Assembly (NCBI RefSeq): GCF_963921235.1
Contig: NC_086109.1
Span: forward strand, 16,680,001-16,744,000
Length of the DNA stretch: 64,000 nt
Origin: Mobula hypostoma
Taxonomy: Eukaryota
Reading direction: 5' to 3'
In this document: positions 1 through 11,299 of the stretch, piece by piece
Layout of the letters: the number at the start of each line of letters is the position of its first letter
How positions within the stretch are numbered: position 1 is the stretch's first letter
Translations under genes and position numbers: made by a program
Notes under the pieces: generated by a model
The model's database searches: none
What the model was told of the DNA's origin: nothing
Seen by the model: only the letters and a program-made list of their open reading frames with translations

Positions 1-1292
1 CACAACAAAACGGAAGACAACAAGCAACAAAACACCAACAGCAAAATAAAGTGAACATGAGGACTGTAAATGTTTAGAACTCTTCTCTTCATAGTCTTTG
101 ACAATTTTAAGGCATATTTTAATAGACCCATGATAAGCAAAAAGGTAAGCAGTTAACACCATTAAGCATGAATGAAAATTAAGATTGCGATTAAGTCGAC
201 CATGATCTTATTAAACAGGCAATCAGACCCAAAAGTTCAGTAACCTATTCATCCTCATAATTCACGTTTGTGTGTTCCTATGTGTAAAGAAGATACTTCA
301 GAAGGTTAAAGGATTTGAGCTGGCAGGATTTGCCCAAGGCAGATGGCAGGGAGGAGAAGCAAGTAAGGCATTTGTAGCTGGGTATAAGGATTTTGAACCT
401 TATGTGGTTGGCCATGAAGAATCAAAGAAAGTCAGCTGGGAGATGGAGAGCCTAATCGTATGTTTTTCTTCCATCTGGGCTTTCTGTGGCACCAGTCCCA
501 CACCAACACAGATGATTCAGAGAGCACATGCTGTTGGGTCAGCTGGTCATGCAGAATAAATAACAGCAACACCCACAACATGAAAATTATGCCTTTTTAA
601 AAGGATGACATTTTCTTTTAATTGAAGAACCATGGTTCAGGGTTCCGGATGCTATAAAGATTGGCTAATGCAGCACAGACCCGGGACTGAACTTTTTGCT
701 TCACCGCGTTTCATAGCCGTGTGCCGGTTGTTCTGATAAAACTGATGTATTTTCTTCAGACTTCACCTCTTGCACCAGGCAGCGCTCACAAATGAGTTAA
801 CAACGATTTAGAAGCAAGAACCGATGCCAGTTCTACCCCTGTGAAAGGGGTAAAACACCATTGCTTCCACTTGCAGAGTTTTAACAGTAACATTGAACCT
901 GTCTAGGATTGCAGCTTTTGATAGTTTTAACTGATGCAATGCCAAACGGTTGGGTTTGTAATTAATATTCTATTTATGTATTAGTGGCTAAACCTGCAAA
1001 ATCCTGGAAGTTCTGGTTTTGTTCTTAGATCTATCAAATCTGATGTTGTTTGAACCGGAGGACAGATGGAAATCGGCCCCATGGGTCGTGACAGCTGAAT
1101 AGCTCTGAGAGGCAACCAGGAATAAAGTGATAAAAGTTCAAAAATATTGCAGTTTGTGAATTTTTTTTAAAAAGTCAAAAGTTATTCCCATACTTTGTTA
1201 TATCTTTATATTACCACTAAATGTGTGGTAAATAGGCCAAGTTGTAAATGGCCTTGTTAAAATTAAAAGGACAGAGGATTAACTTCATACAC

Positions 1293-1499
1293 TTTGTTAT
1301 TGTTCCTTTCCACGCCTTGTTGTGCATCGGGCATCAATCTTGCTGTTTCTTCAGCATTTTGTCTGTTTTCTATGAGGCTGTGTTGCCAGCACGATGCTCC
1401 CCCCGCACGGATGGAAAGCGTGCAAGGAGACAGTCGGATTGGAACCCGGGCCCACTCATCTCAAAGTCCGGTGCAGGTGCCACTACACCACTGGCCAGC
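1293..1499 (-). mobile_element. Short tRNA-derived SINE (same family as 15950-16145)
   Basis: Minus strand starts GCTGGCCAGTGGTGTAGTGG (A box), has GGGTTCCAATCC (B-box-like) and ends in an AAC-rich tail; collinear with 15950-16145. Confidence 0.8.
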
Positions 1500-1529
1500 T
1501 ACATGTACATTTTACACGTGCTGCATTAG

Positions 1530-2175
1530 GAATTTGCTGCGGTGTGTTGCCATGACATGCAACAAAAAGCCACAACATTCAACAACGGTAGAACTAAGGA
1601 ATTACATACCTGTACATTTAATATGTTTGAGGAATCTGTTGTGTTACGTTGATCAGGGCACGACATGCATCAAAAATCGACATTCAACAATGAGAATAAA
1701 GGATTGTATACTGTATAAAATAATGTTAGAGGCTAAAGTATGGATATATGAAAAAAAAATGCATAAATGCATAAATCTCAGCACGTATTTATAATGTAAA
1801 TAGCATTATAAAAAATGGTTTAAAGTGTCCAGTGCAGTGACAGGCTGACTAGAATGGTTAATCAGATTAACTGTCTGGGGGAAGTTACCTTTAAGATGGC
1901 GTGAAGTTTTTGCTTCAATAGCCTTATGGCACTTGCCAGAAGGGAGCTTTTGGAAAAGACAGTTTGCTGCGTGGGTAGTGGCCACAATGATTTTTCCCGC
2001 CTGCTTTTTTGTCCTGGACACAAACAAGTCCTGCAGTGATGGTAGACTGCAGCCAATGACCTTTTCAACTGACCTGACAGTTCACAGTAGTCTTTGTATA
2101 TTTTGAGAGCAATGTGCACCAAACCAGACCAGCTGATATGAGAATGCTCCCTGTAGAATTGCAGCAGTATGTTCC
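1530..2175 (-). mobile_element. Rex1/Babar-type LINE 3' fragment (RT C-terminus and 3' UTR), decayed
   Basis: ORF 1806-2027 KKQAGKIIVATTHAANCLFQKLPSGK...FPQTVNLIN matches the C-terminal pattern of the copy at 53555-54225 (IIKDTTHPANTLFVPLPSGRR...FFPTVIRLLN). Confidence 0.75.
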
Positions 2176-2383
2176 GGGGAAGGTGGAATTTTACCAACTT
2201 CTGTTTTGTTCAAGGTGCAAATAGTTTTATCACAGCACCTAATGCCCCGTTTGCTCCTCCAAGCCAACTTCTATGACCTCTCTTGATCACATTTCCTTAG
2301 CTTGCTTGGAAGTGCTTGGAAATTTGGGACTGCTTCCAAGTTTTGTCTGAAGCAGTGTTTAACTGCACTGGCAGTGCTATATA

Positions 2384-2934
2384 TACGCAGTGGCCACTTT
2401 GCCTCCTGTACCAAATAAAATGATGCTGAGTGTATATTTGTGGCCTTCTGCTGCTGTAACCCATCCCCATCAAGGTTCAATGCCTTGTGCTTTCAGACAT
2501 GCTCTTCTGCACACCACTGTTGTAACTAGTGGTTATCCGAGTTACTGTCACCATCCTGTCAGTTTGAACCAGTCCGGCTATTCTTTTCTGACCTCTCTCA
2601 TTTTTCCCACAGAACTGCTGCTCACTGAATGTTTTTTGTTTGTTTTTCACACCATTCTCTTTCAACTATAGGGTGAGTTGTGCATGAAAAACCCAGGAGT
2701 TCAGGAATCTCTGATACTCAAACCACCCCGTCTGTCACCAACAATCATTCCATAATCAAACTCATTCATATCATATTTCTTCCTCATTCTCATGTTTGGT
2801 CTGAAGAGCAACTGAACCTCTTGACCATGTCTACATGCTTTTATACATTGAGTTGCTGCCTCATGATTGGCTGATTAGGTATTTGCATTAATGAGCAGGT
2901 GTACAGGAGTACCTAATAAAGTGTCCACTGAGTT
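2384..2934 (-). mobile_element. Tc1/mariner-derived non-autonomous element (MITE)
   Basis: Ends CAGTGGCCACTTT... and ...GTACCTAATAAAGTGTCCACTGAG, flanked by TA; body collinear with 10395, 37160 and 57631 copies. Confidence 0.85.
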
Positions 2935-3454
2935 TAAATTCAAGTTATTGTTGATGTAATGTGATAGCTCATTTTATTTTTTATTGTATTCAGGTTTCTT
3001 CTAACTTAACTGCAATCTCAACATCAGTCCACTTTTCATTTTTAGGCCTAAACTGCAGTCTCTGGAAACTCTATCAATTTCAAATATTGGAACGAGTTCT
3101 GTTGAAAGCATAAGTTTGTGAGTTGAAGCCATCTGATTTTCTGTCACATTATTGGAAACTCACCCAGAACTCAAGTCAAACCAAGACTCTGGAAACTCAA
3201 GGCTCACTGGGGAAGGGGAATGGCAGCACTGTGGTTAAAGCACTCAGCTCGCAATCAAAGATATGGGCAGATGTTCATGAGTTTTGAGATCACATTGCAC
3301 CATAACAGCAGTGACATTTAATTTTCAATTAAAATTCATTGAAAATGTTAGCACCAATAATGTGGACCATGAAACAAATGGAATAATGCTAAAAACATTA
3401 CCAGTGATTGGAAGCAGTCCTCTCACCCTTTGCTATTCTGGTTTTACATATGTG

Positions 3455-4115
3455 ACCCCAGACTTTCAGGATATTGAAAGACCTAGATAGAGTGGGTGTG
3501 GAGAGGATGTTTCTTATAGTGGGAGGGGCATCTAGCGCCAGAGGGCACAGACTCCAAAAAAAAGTCAAAGTCAAAGTCTGTCCCGAGCCTTTGTGACCCA
3601 TCAAGCTGGAGCTTATGCCAGTTTCTGTGGCATGAAGCGACTGAGAGATGAGACTCCCCCCGCCCCCCCAGATAGGACGCCATTCTATCACGAGGTTAAC
3701 CCCCAGCATTTGCCGGTACCCATTTTCAGCTGGGTGGACTGGAGCATTGTGTGGTTAATTGCCTTGCTCAAAGACACAACACGCTGCCTTGGCCGAGACT
3801 CGAACCCATGACCTTCAGATCGTGAGCCCAACGCCCTAACCACTTGGCCACGCGCCACCCAAAAAGAAGGATGTCCCATTTGAACAGAGATGAGGAGGAC
3901 CTTCTTTATCCACAGAGTGGTGAATTGTTGGAATGCATTGCCTCAGAAGGCTGTGGAAGCCAAGTTACTGGGAATATTTAAAGCAGTGGCTGATAGGTTC
4001 ATGGGGAGAGGGCAGGAAAATGGGATTGAGAGGGATAATCAATCAACCATGATGGAAAGGCAGCGCAAACTCGATGGGTCAAGCGTCCTAATTCTGCTCT
4101 TAGGTCTTATGGAGC
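3455..4115 (+). mobile_element. CR1 LINE 3' fragment split by a SINE
   Basis: MRRTFFIHRVVNCWNALPQKAVEAK is CR1 ORF2 C-terminus; CR1 sequence resumes after the SINE at 3561-3858. Confidence 0.85.
3561..3858 (-). mobile_element. Full-length tRNA-derived SINE with TSD
   Basis: Head GGTGGCGCGTGGCCAAGTGGTTAGG (A box), GGTTCGAGTCTC (B box); tail (GACTTT)n; TSD CCAAAAA at 3554-3560 and 3859-3865. Confidence 0.9.
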
Positions 4116-4764
4116 TGTTTTTAAGAGCCCAATGTGACAATGTAACTGTGATTCCAACCTCCAAAGGAAAAGACCAAAGCTCTGAAGGCACTGTAGGGTA
4201 AAATAGGTCGAGAAAAAAAACTGTTATTGAAACTTTCTGCCATTAACATTGTGTTCCTGACTGTGATCAAGGGTTTTAGAGGGCAGCTTTAATTATGAAG
4301 CACGGCAAACATTTCCGATGCTAATGCCGGCTTTTCCAAAAAGTGGCTGAACTTGATCTCATTGAACCGCTCTCAGTTCTCCCCCCATCCGCTAAAATGT
4401 ACTGATTGCCTAGCAACCAGAGGTTGTCATTCTTGGATAGATCGGTTGTTAAGGTTGAATTGAGAATAAATGATTTTTAAAAAAGAGTAATTAGGAGATT
4501 CAGCCAGTGCATGGCGAGAGATTAAGTGCTTTCGGACTGGAGACATTGGTTCCCATTGATCTTGCAAGGGGCCTTCAATGTCTTTTAAAACCAACTGAAC
4601 TATGAAAGATTGGCAATTAGATTTTCAGTGTAAGTGGGCCACAATGTCATTATAACTGGAGAGTCATTCCTTTTCCTGACATGATAAGTGAATCAGAACG
4701 GCAAGTCCAATTGTAACCTCTTTACTTAGTCTTCTCAGACGGTGCAGAATCCCTGACTCCAGTA

Positions 4765-4969
4765 TCATGTGTAGCTGCTGCTGCTTAATGGAGGTGAACC
4801 ATCTGCTTTTCCATTATCACTTAGCTTCTGGATAATGGCCATTGTTGGCTCGGCTGTCCTTATTGCCAATGAAAAGCTGTCCTGAGAAGTTGGTGGATGG
4901 CCGCCTTCTTCTCCCTCGCACTGAAGGTGATGCATCTGCAATTGTGTAGGGAAGTCCCGAGATCCGGAC
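4765..4969 (-). CDS. Candidate terminal coding exon of an unidentified host gene
   Basis: Acceptor TTGCTTCTCCTTCATTTCCTGCTAG in non-repeat DNA; frames SGSRDFPTQLQ...PPLSSSSYT* (stop 4765-4767) or VRISGLPYTI...NNGHYPEAK* (stop 4817-4819); no homology recognised. Confidence 0.3.
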
Positions 4970-5121
4970 CTAGCAGGAAATGAAGGAGAAGCAATCGGGG
5001 TCTAAGTGAGCTGCGCCAAAATTCAATGGAACTTACATCCCCGCACTTCTCAGAGATGGGGTCCGCAGGGGAAATAGACACTGGCACTGTCTCAGATGTC
5101 AGAATGGCACAGCTGGTATAC

Positions 5122-5660
5122 CATAGAGTGAGACAGCATAGAAATAGGCCCTTCAGCCCAACTCATCCATGCTGACCCTGGTTTTCACCTAAACTAGTTC
5201 CTTTTCCCCACGTTTGACCCGTATACCTCTAAACTTTTCTGTCCACATCCTTATCCAAGTACCTTTTCAATATTGTTATGTACCTACCTTAACCACTCCC
5301 TCTATCAGCTCGAACCATATATCACCTCCATCTGAATGAAGAAGTTTCCCCTCAGGTCCTCTTTAAATCTTTCCCCCCTCAGCTTGAACCTGTGCCCTCT
5401 GGTTTTTGGTTCCCTTTCCCTGTGAAAGAGGACTTTGTGCCTACACCCTATCTACACACCTCATGATTTTACACACCTCTGTAAGTTCACAGCTCAGCTC
5501 CAAGAGGAATAAGATCCTGCACAATCTCTGCCTTTCGCTCAGGCCCTCGAGTCCTGATAAAATTCTCACAAGACTTGTTTGCACGCTTTCCAGTTTAAAG
5601 ATGTCTTACAAGGTGACCAGAACGGTACACGGCACTGTCGGTGCATCCTCACCAATGTCT
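5122..5660 (-). mobile_element. CR1 LINE 3' fragment, decayed
   Basis: Reverse complement of CR1 3' UTR and ORF2 end (ggcccttcagcccaac..., ctttaaatctttccccc..., gaccagaac). Confidence 0.75.
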
Positions 5661-5664
5661 CGTT

Positions 5665-5960
5665 CCAGTAGTGGAGGTGCCGCCTCACAGCTAGGACAAC
5701 CAAGGTTTAATCCTGAGATCTGGTGCTGTGTGGTGTTTGCACATTCTCCCTGTGACTGTGTGGGTGCCTTCCAGGCACTCCAGTTTCCTCCTACATCCCA
5801 AAGGTATGTGAGTTAGTGGGTTCATTGTAAATAGCTCTGAGAGTGAGGGTGATTGGTAGAATATGGAAGGGTTGGGTGGAACCTGGGGGGAATAAAATGG
5901 GATTAGAGCAGGATTAGTAAACGGGCACTGTGTGTTACTAGGCTGAAGAGCAACGCACCC
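5665..5960 (+). mobile_element. HE1/V-SINE-type tRNA SINE
   Basis: V-domain-like gtttgcacattctccctgtgactgtgtgggtgccttccaggcactccagtttcctcctacatcccaaa; related copies near 9855, 22871(-), 24715, 31990, 36230(-), 52440, 58250, 59570, 63475(-). Confidence 0.75.
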
Positions 5961-5984
5961 TATGATTTCTCTGGAATCTGGCAG

Positions 5985-6415
5985 CCACTCCTCCGTTTTC
6001 CTTCCCCTCACTCCTGTGAGCCTCTCTCCCTTTCTCTTCCCCTCCCCACCCTCATGCCCAGCATGTCCTCCTAGTTGCCCACCACCTTCCCTTTATTCCT
6101 CTTTTCTTCTTCTTCTTTGTCCCTTCCACCTATCATCTCCTAGCTTCCCTTTCATCACCATTCCCCCCACCCAGCCAGCCACCTTCCCCCTCTCACCTGG
6201 ACTGACCTATCACTTGAAGTTTTTGCTCCTCCAACCCCCACTTCCTTTTTATTCAGGCTTCTGCCCTCTCCTTTTTCAGTCCTGGTGAAGAGTCATGGCC
6301 CGAGAAGTCAACTGCTCATTCCTCTCCATAGATGCTGCCTGACCTGCTGAGTTCCTCCAGCATTTTTGTGTGTGTTGCTCAAGATTTCCAGCATTTGCAG
6401 AATCTCTTGTGTCTC
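5985..6415 (+). mobile_element. Penelope-like element 3' (pLTR) fragment with degenerate hammerhead motif
   Basis: Pyrimidine-rich segment, then cagtcctggtgaagagtcatggcccgagaagtcaactg and gatgctgcctgacctgctgagttcctccagc, as at the ends of the GIY-YIG copies. Confidence 0.75.
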
Positions 6416-6744
6416 TGTGGGCTGACAAGTCTATTTAGTGTCGCATCGCGATGACTCTGTGTCCATGTGAATTATTGCTCTGACCTGGATGGTGCCAAAC
6501 TTTGCATCTCAAAATCTGATGACAGAGAAGAAGGTAATCGAGCCCTTCATGCCTGTGCCAATACTTTAAAAGAATGTTTAGTCTTGCCCTTTCTGCATAC
6601 TACTGCAAAGTTTTTATATTTCAAGTATATATTGGTTCACCCTGTTGAATTTACTCCACCACTATTTCAAGCAGTGTAGTCCAGATCATGACACTGTGTT
6701 AAGTTAAAAACCATTCTCATCTCTGGAGACACAAAGGACCACAG

Positions 6745-7170
6745 ATGCAGGAGTGTCACAGCAGTAAGCACAATGCTTTTTTAGAACGCTAGCAATCTGA
6801 GATAGGTTTCGATTCCCGCCTCTGCCTAAGGAGATTCTTACATTCTCCCCGTGACCTCATGGGTTTCCTCCGCGTGTTCTGGTTCCCTCCCATAATCTAA
6901 AGACGTTCAGGTTAGTGAGTCGTAGGCATGCTATATTGGCGCCAGAAGCGTGGAGGCACTTGGAGGCTGCCGCAGAGCACATTCGGATTGTGTTGGTTAC
7001 TGACGCAAATAGTGTATTTACTTTATAGTTTATTGTCGCCAAACAATTGATACTAGAACATACAATCATCACAGCGATATTTGATTCTGCGCTTCCCACT
7101 CCCTATATTTCACCATATATTTCAATGTTTCAATGTACATGTGACTAGTAAACTGACCTTTAATCTTCCT
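6745..7170 (+). mobile_element. V-SINE-type SINE with alternative tail, interrupted by a short Rex-type 3' end (about 7020-7104, minus)
   Basis: V-domain at 6840-6905; tail catgctatattggcgccagaagcgtgg; 7020-7104 is the reverse complement of 54138-54222. Confidence 0.75.
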
Positions 7171-7587
7171 ATAGATGCTAGAATCCGGAGCAGCATACGA
7201 AAAGCTGGAGGTATGTCAGTCCAGGTGAGGATGCATGTGGATCTCCTCACTTCACCTCACCTACTGCCAACCATCTGTTGCCCTACCTACTGCCAACCAT
7301 CTGTTGCCCCAACCCTTCCCTCCACCCTTTCATACTGGCTATCTCCTCTCTATATTCTAATCTAGATGAAGGTTCTCAACCCGAAATATTAACTGTCCAT
7401 TTCCCTCCATAGATGCTGCCTGACCTGCTAAGTTCCTCCAGCTTTTAGTGTGCGTTGCTCTTCTCTGTTTCTTTCAGCAATTCTGTTCAACTGCTTTTCC
7501 TGAATTAACAACACTCCCACCAGCAGAAACAGGTTTTATTTTAATAAGCAATTTTGAAGGTTTTTTTTTGGAATTTTTGTATTTCGA

Positions 7588-8557
7588 GTCAGATTCATTG
7601 ATTTTATCACATATACATCGAAACACACAGTTTATGCCAACAACCAAGAAAACCTAAGGATGTGTTGGGGGCAGTCCGCAGTTGTCGCCACACATTCTGG
7701 CGCCAACATAATATGCCTGCTGTATTCACAGAACAACACAAGCAACAACAATAACAGAACAGCAACAAGACAACAACAGCAAAATAGCTCTGACCTCCTT
7801 CCCACCAACCCACTCACCTGCCCACCCATGTCCACAACAAACAGTCATCCAACACAGGGACAAAACATCTCTGGGCCTCCAGCTGTCTCAAAGACACTCT
7901 TCAGGTCTTCAAGTTCTCCAGTAGGCTCACAGACTCAGGGCTTTAGCTAATGAGCCTTGACTTCCGGACTTCTGATCAACTTTCAGGCTTTAGTCCTCGA
8001 TATTCACCATAGGACTTGCTGATGATGGTGAATGAAGACCCTGGATGAGGAGCTCAAACTCTGGACTCACCGATGATGGGGCCTCAAACTGAAGGGGCCC
8101 TAAACACTAGACCTCGAACTCTGGACTCACTAATGACGGGACTCCAAACATTAGACCTCAAACTCCAGGCTCATCGATGACTGGGTCCCAAACACTCGGC
8201 CTCAAACTCTGGACTCACTGGTGACGGGACCTCAAACACTAGGCCTCGAACTTGGGTCTCGTAGACTTGCATACCTAGGGGTTCATCAGCCCTTGTGCCT
8301 CCCACAAAGAGCTCCAGTCCTGGGCTGGGCTGCTAGACTGATATCCTTCATCCCATGTCCAAGTCACTGGCCTTCAAACGCGGAGCATGAGGCGGATGCT
8401 TAGAGCGGGTGTGACCTCTAATTCCCCCACAACCCTACCCCTAAACAAAAATCTGATCCCTAATTCCCCAAAGCTGTACCTATGAACCTAAAAATCAACT
8501 AAGTCTGAATGACGACCTTAATGGAGACCATAGCTCTCTGCCATCTAGACCGGAAAC
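7588..8557 (-). mobile_element. Non-coding composite retroelement (ETS/YY1-like head, VNTR, SINE-shared tail)
   Basis: Minus 5' end GTTTCCGGTCTAGATGGCAG; internal 44-bp repeats; 3' tail ATGTTGGCGCCAGAATGTGTGGCGACAACTGCGGACTGCCCCCAACACATCC shared with SINEs at 6925 and 63480. Confidence 0.6.
8053..8252. repeat. Minisatellite, ~44-bp unit, ~4.5 diverged copies
   Basis: Unit ctcgaactctggactcactaatgacgggactccaaacattagac. Confidence 0.85.
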
Positions 8558-9604
8558 TGCTAATGTTGAGTGAGTTGTCGAAATCCAATCACTACCTTAT
8601 ACTTTTCCACTGAAATTCCGTTCCTAAGGAGTCACAAGAAGATTTAAGAATTTCCTGAGGAGGAAGACTGCAAATGACTTGCTATTCCTCTTTTGTAATT
8701 TTAAAGGAGCCCCAGGAAAGCTTGCAAAGGGTTAATGTAGCAACTAGAGTAGACCATTCAGCCCCTCGAAGCCTTTCCATCTGTTACTAGAAATATATAC
8801 AGTAAATATATCCCCATAATACGTAGCCTTCAAAAAAACTCATAGTTTTGAAATTTCTTTTCAAGGTGGTACCTAATAAAGTGGCTACTGAATATATAGA
8901 ACTAAATTAAGGGTAAAATTAACCCGTTTTAACAATAGGTGATTATGACGCACCGGTGTTAATTCAGGCCATTGGCTTTACTTTCTGTGTCTGTCCGGTT
9001 GCAAAGTTAGTCTATCCTGATTGGAAACGGTCTCCCCGGCCAGAATAACAAAAGCAAACTTTTGTAAGTAGAAATGTTGGAACCAGTCAACAGTTTCCAT
9101 GGAGGGAGGAGCAGAATTAATGTTCCTGTTTTTTATTATCGAGAACAGAGAAAACTTCATGTGAAAGGTCATCAACCTGAAACTGTTGCTCTGTTTCTCC
9201 CTCCGCTGGTGTTGCCTGACCTGCCGACGGGTTCCAGCACTTTTTGTTCTTCACTTAAATTACTTGTTTTTGTTTTCGGCATACTGTAATCCCCGACTTC
9301 CTAAATGGGACTATGAACTTTGAGATGGGGTGGAAGTTTATTGATACAAAACCAGCATTTAACCTTGAAGTTAGAATCCCAACAGGTACATTTGCTTGAA
9401 AAGCAGCGTTTTGTTTTAACATTATGGAGGATTTTATTAGTTATTGCAATGACACCAAATGAACATATTTTACTTTTACTGTACAGTTTCATGTTGGTTC
9501 TGAAGCAATCCAACTGCCCCAGCTCGCAAGATGAATCTTGATGAAGGTGACTGGCCATTCTCAACAGAACTGCCAGCATTTAATGTTTAAGATTGAAGTA
9601 AGTC

Positions 9605-9850
9605 CCACAGGAAAGCTCGCAAAATGTTGGAGGAACACAGCAAGTCAGGGAACATCAGTGGAGGGGAATAAACAATCAAAGTTTCGGACTGAGACCGTTC
9701 ATCAGGACTGAGAAGGAAGGAGCAAGAAGCCAGAATAAGAAAGTAGGGGGAAGGAAAGAAGTACAATCTGCCAGGTGATAGGTGAAGCCAGGTATGGTTC
9801 GAAGGTACGTAGGTGGGTGGGGGAAGGAGGAGTGAAGTGAAGGGTTAGAG
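9605..9850 (-). mobile_element. Penelope-like pLTR fragment with hammerhead-like motif (9673-9710)
   Basis: Minus strand CAGTC-CTGATGA-ACGGTCTCAGTCC-GAAA-CTTT-GATTG. Confidence 0.75.
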
Positions 9851-10394
9851 TAACTCTTTACAGGACCAATATCCGGGGTTCGATTCCCGCTGCTCCCTGT
9901 AAGAAGATTGCACATTCTCCCTGTGACTGCATGGGGTTCCTCTGGGCGCTCTGTTTTCCTCCCATATTCCAACGACATACAGACTAGTAGGCTCATTGTT
10001 CACTTGGGTGCAACTGGGCGACACGGAATTGATCCAGAAGGGCCTGTTAGTATACTGTATCTCTAAATATAAACTGAAAAATAACTAACTATAATAATCC
10101 CATTTCTTAGCATTTAAGCCTTAACCTTCAACACCTAGGTGAATCATATTTGGATCTTTCTCAAATATTGTGAGAGTGTCTGACTCCATCATATTCTCAG
10201 GCAATCCACCCAGATTCCAAACAACCTCTGTGTAAAAATTATTTTCCTCAGACCCCCACTTAATCTCTTGATCCATCTCGTAAAACTATGTCCCATGGTT
10301 TTTGATACCTCTGCCATAGAGATTAAATTCCAATAATTTATCTTGTCTATCCCCCACATAATTTTATGGATTGTCCAATTTATAAGATACAGGA

Positions 10395-10890
10395 GTGGAA
10401 CATGGTGAGGTCTTCTCCTACCACTTCAAAGTTCAACATGTTGTGCATTCAGACATTCTGTTATGCTCACCACTGTTGTTAACACATGGCTATTTGAGTT
10501 ACTGTCGCCTTCCTGTCAATTTGAACCAATCTAGCCATTCTCCTCTGACCTCTCTCATTCACAAGTCACTTTCACCCACAGAACTGCCATTCACTGAATG
10601 TCTTTTATTTTTCACACCATTCTCTGTAAACTCCATAGTTTACATGAAAATCTCAGGAGATTCTGAGATATTCAAACCAGCCCATCTGACACCAACAATC
10701 ATTCCATGGTCAAGGTCACTTAGCCCGCATTTCTCCCCCAAACTGATGTTTAGTTTGAACGACTACTGAACCTCTTGACCATGTCTGCATGATTTTATGC
10801 TTTGGGTTGCTGCCACATGATTGGCTGATTAGATATTTGCATTAATGAGCAAGTGTACTGGTGTATCTAATGAAGTGGCTACTGAGTGTA
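10395..10890 (-). mobile_element. Tc1-derived MITE (one end truncated) inside a minus-strand CR1 fragment (about 10090-11170)
   Basis: Right end gtatctaatgaagtggctactgagtg-TA; body collinear with 2384-2934. Confidence 0.8.
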
Positions 10891-11299
10891 TACCTCTAAT
10901 CAGGTTTCCCTGTCGGGCTCCTCAACTCCAAGGAAAACAAGTCCAACCTAGCCAGTCTCTCCCATATCTGAAATAGTCCATCCCTGGCAACACCCTGGTA
11001 ACCTTCCTCTGCACTCTCCACTGCAATCACTCCTTTCCTATAGTGTAGCAATCAGAAGTGCACACAGTATTCCAACTGCAGCTGAATCAATATTTTATAA
11101 AACTCCACCATAATCTTCCTGTTCTTAAATTTTATTCCCCAACTAATGAGGACAAATGCTCGTCTTAACTCCTTGTGTTGTCACTAGTGGAGGAACAGCA
11201 GACTCTGTCACAGTGAGCACTGGCAATGACTGAATCCAGGTGTGGAGAAACAGCAGTCTCTGTCACGGTGAGACAGGTGTTCTTAAGATATCAGACAAA

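Noticed and set aside
3780..3858. tRNA-like sequences (also about 16070-16145 and 1430-1499)
   Set aside because: SINE heads attached to bodies, tails and TSDs; no complete cloverleaf or terminator
8053..8252. Regularly spaced repeats suggestive of a CRISPR array
   Set aside because: Head-to-tail minisatellite without unique spacers; eukaryotic context, no cas genes
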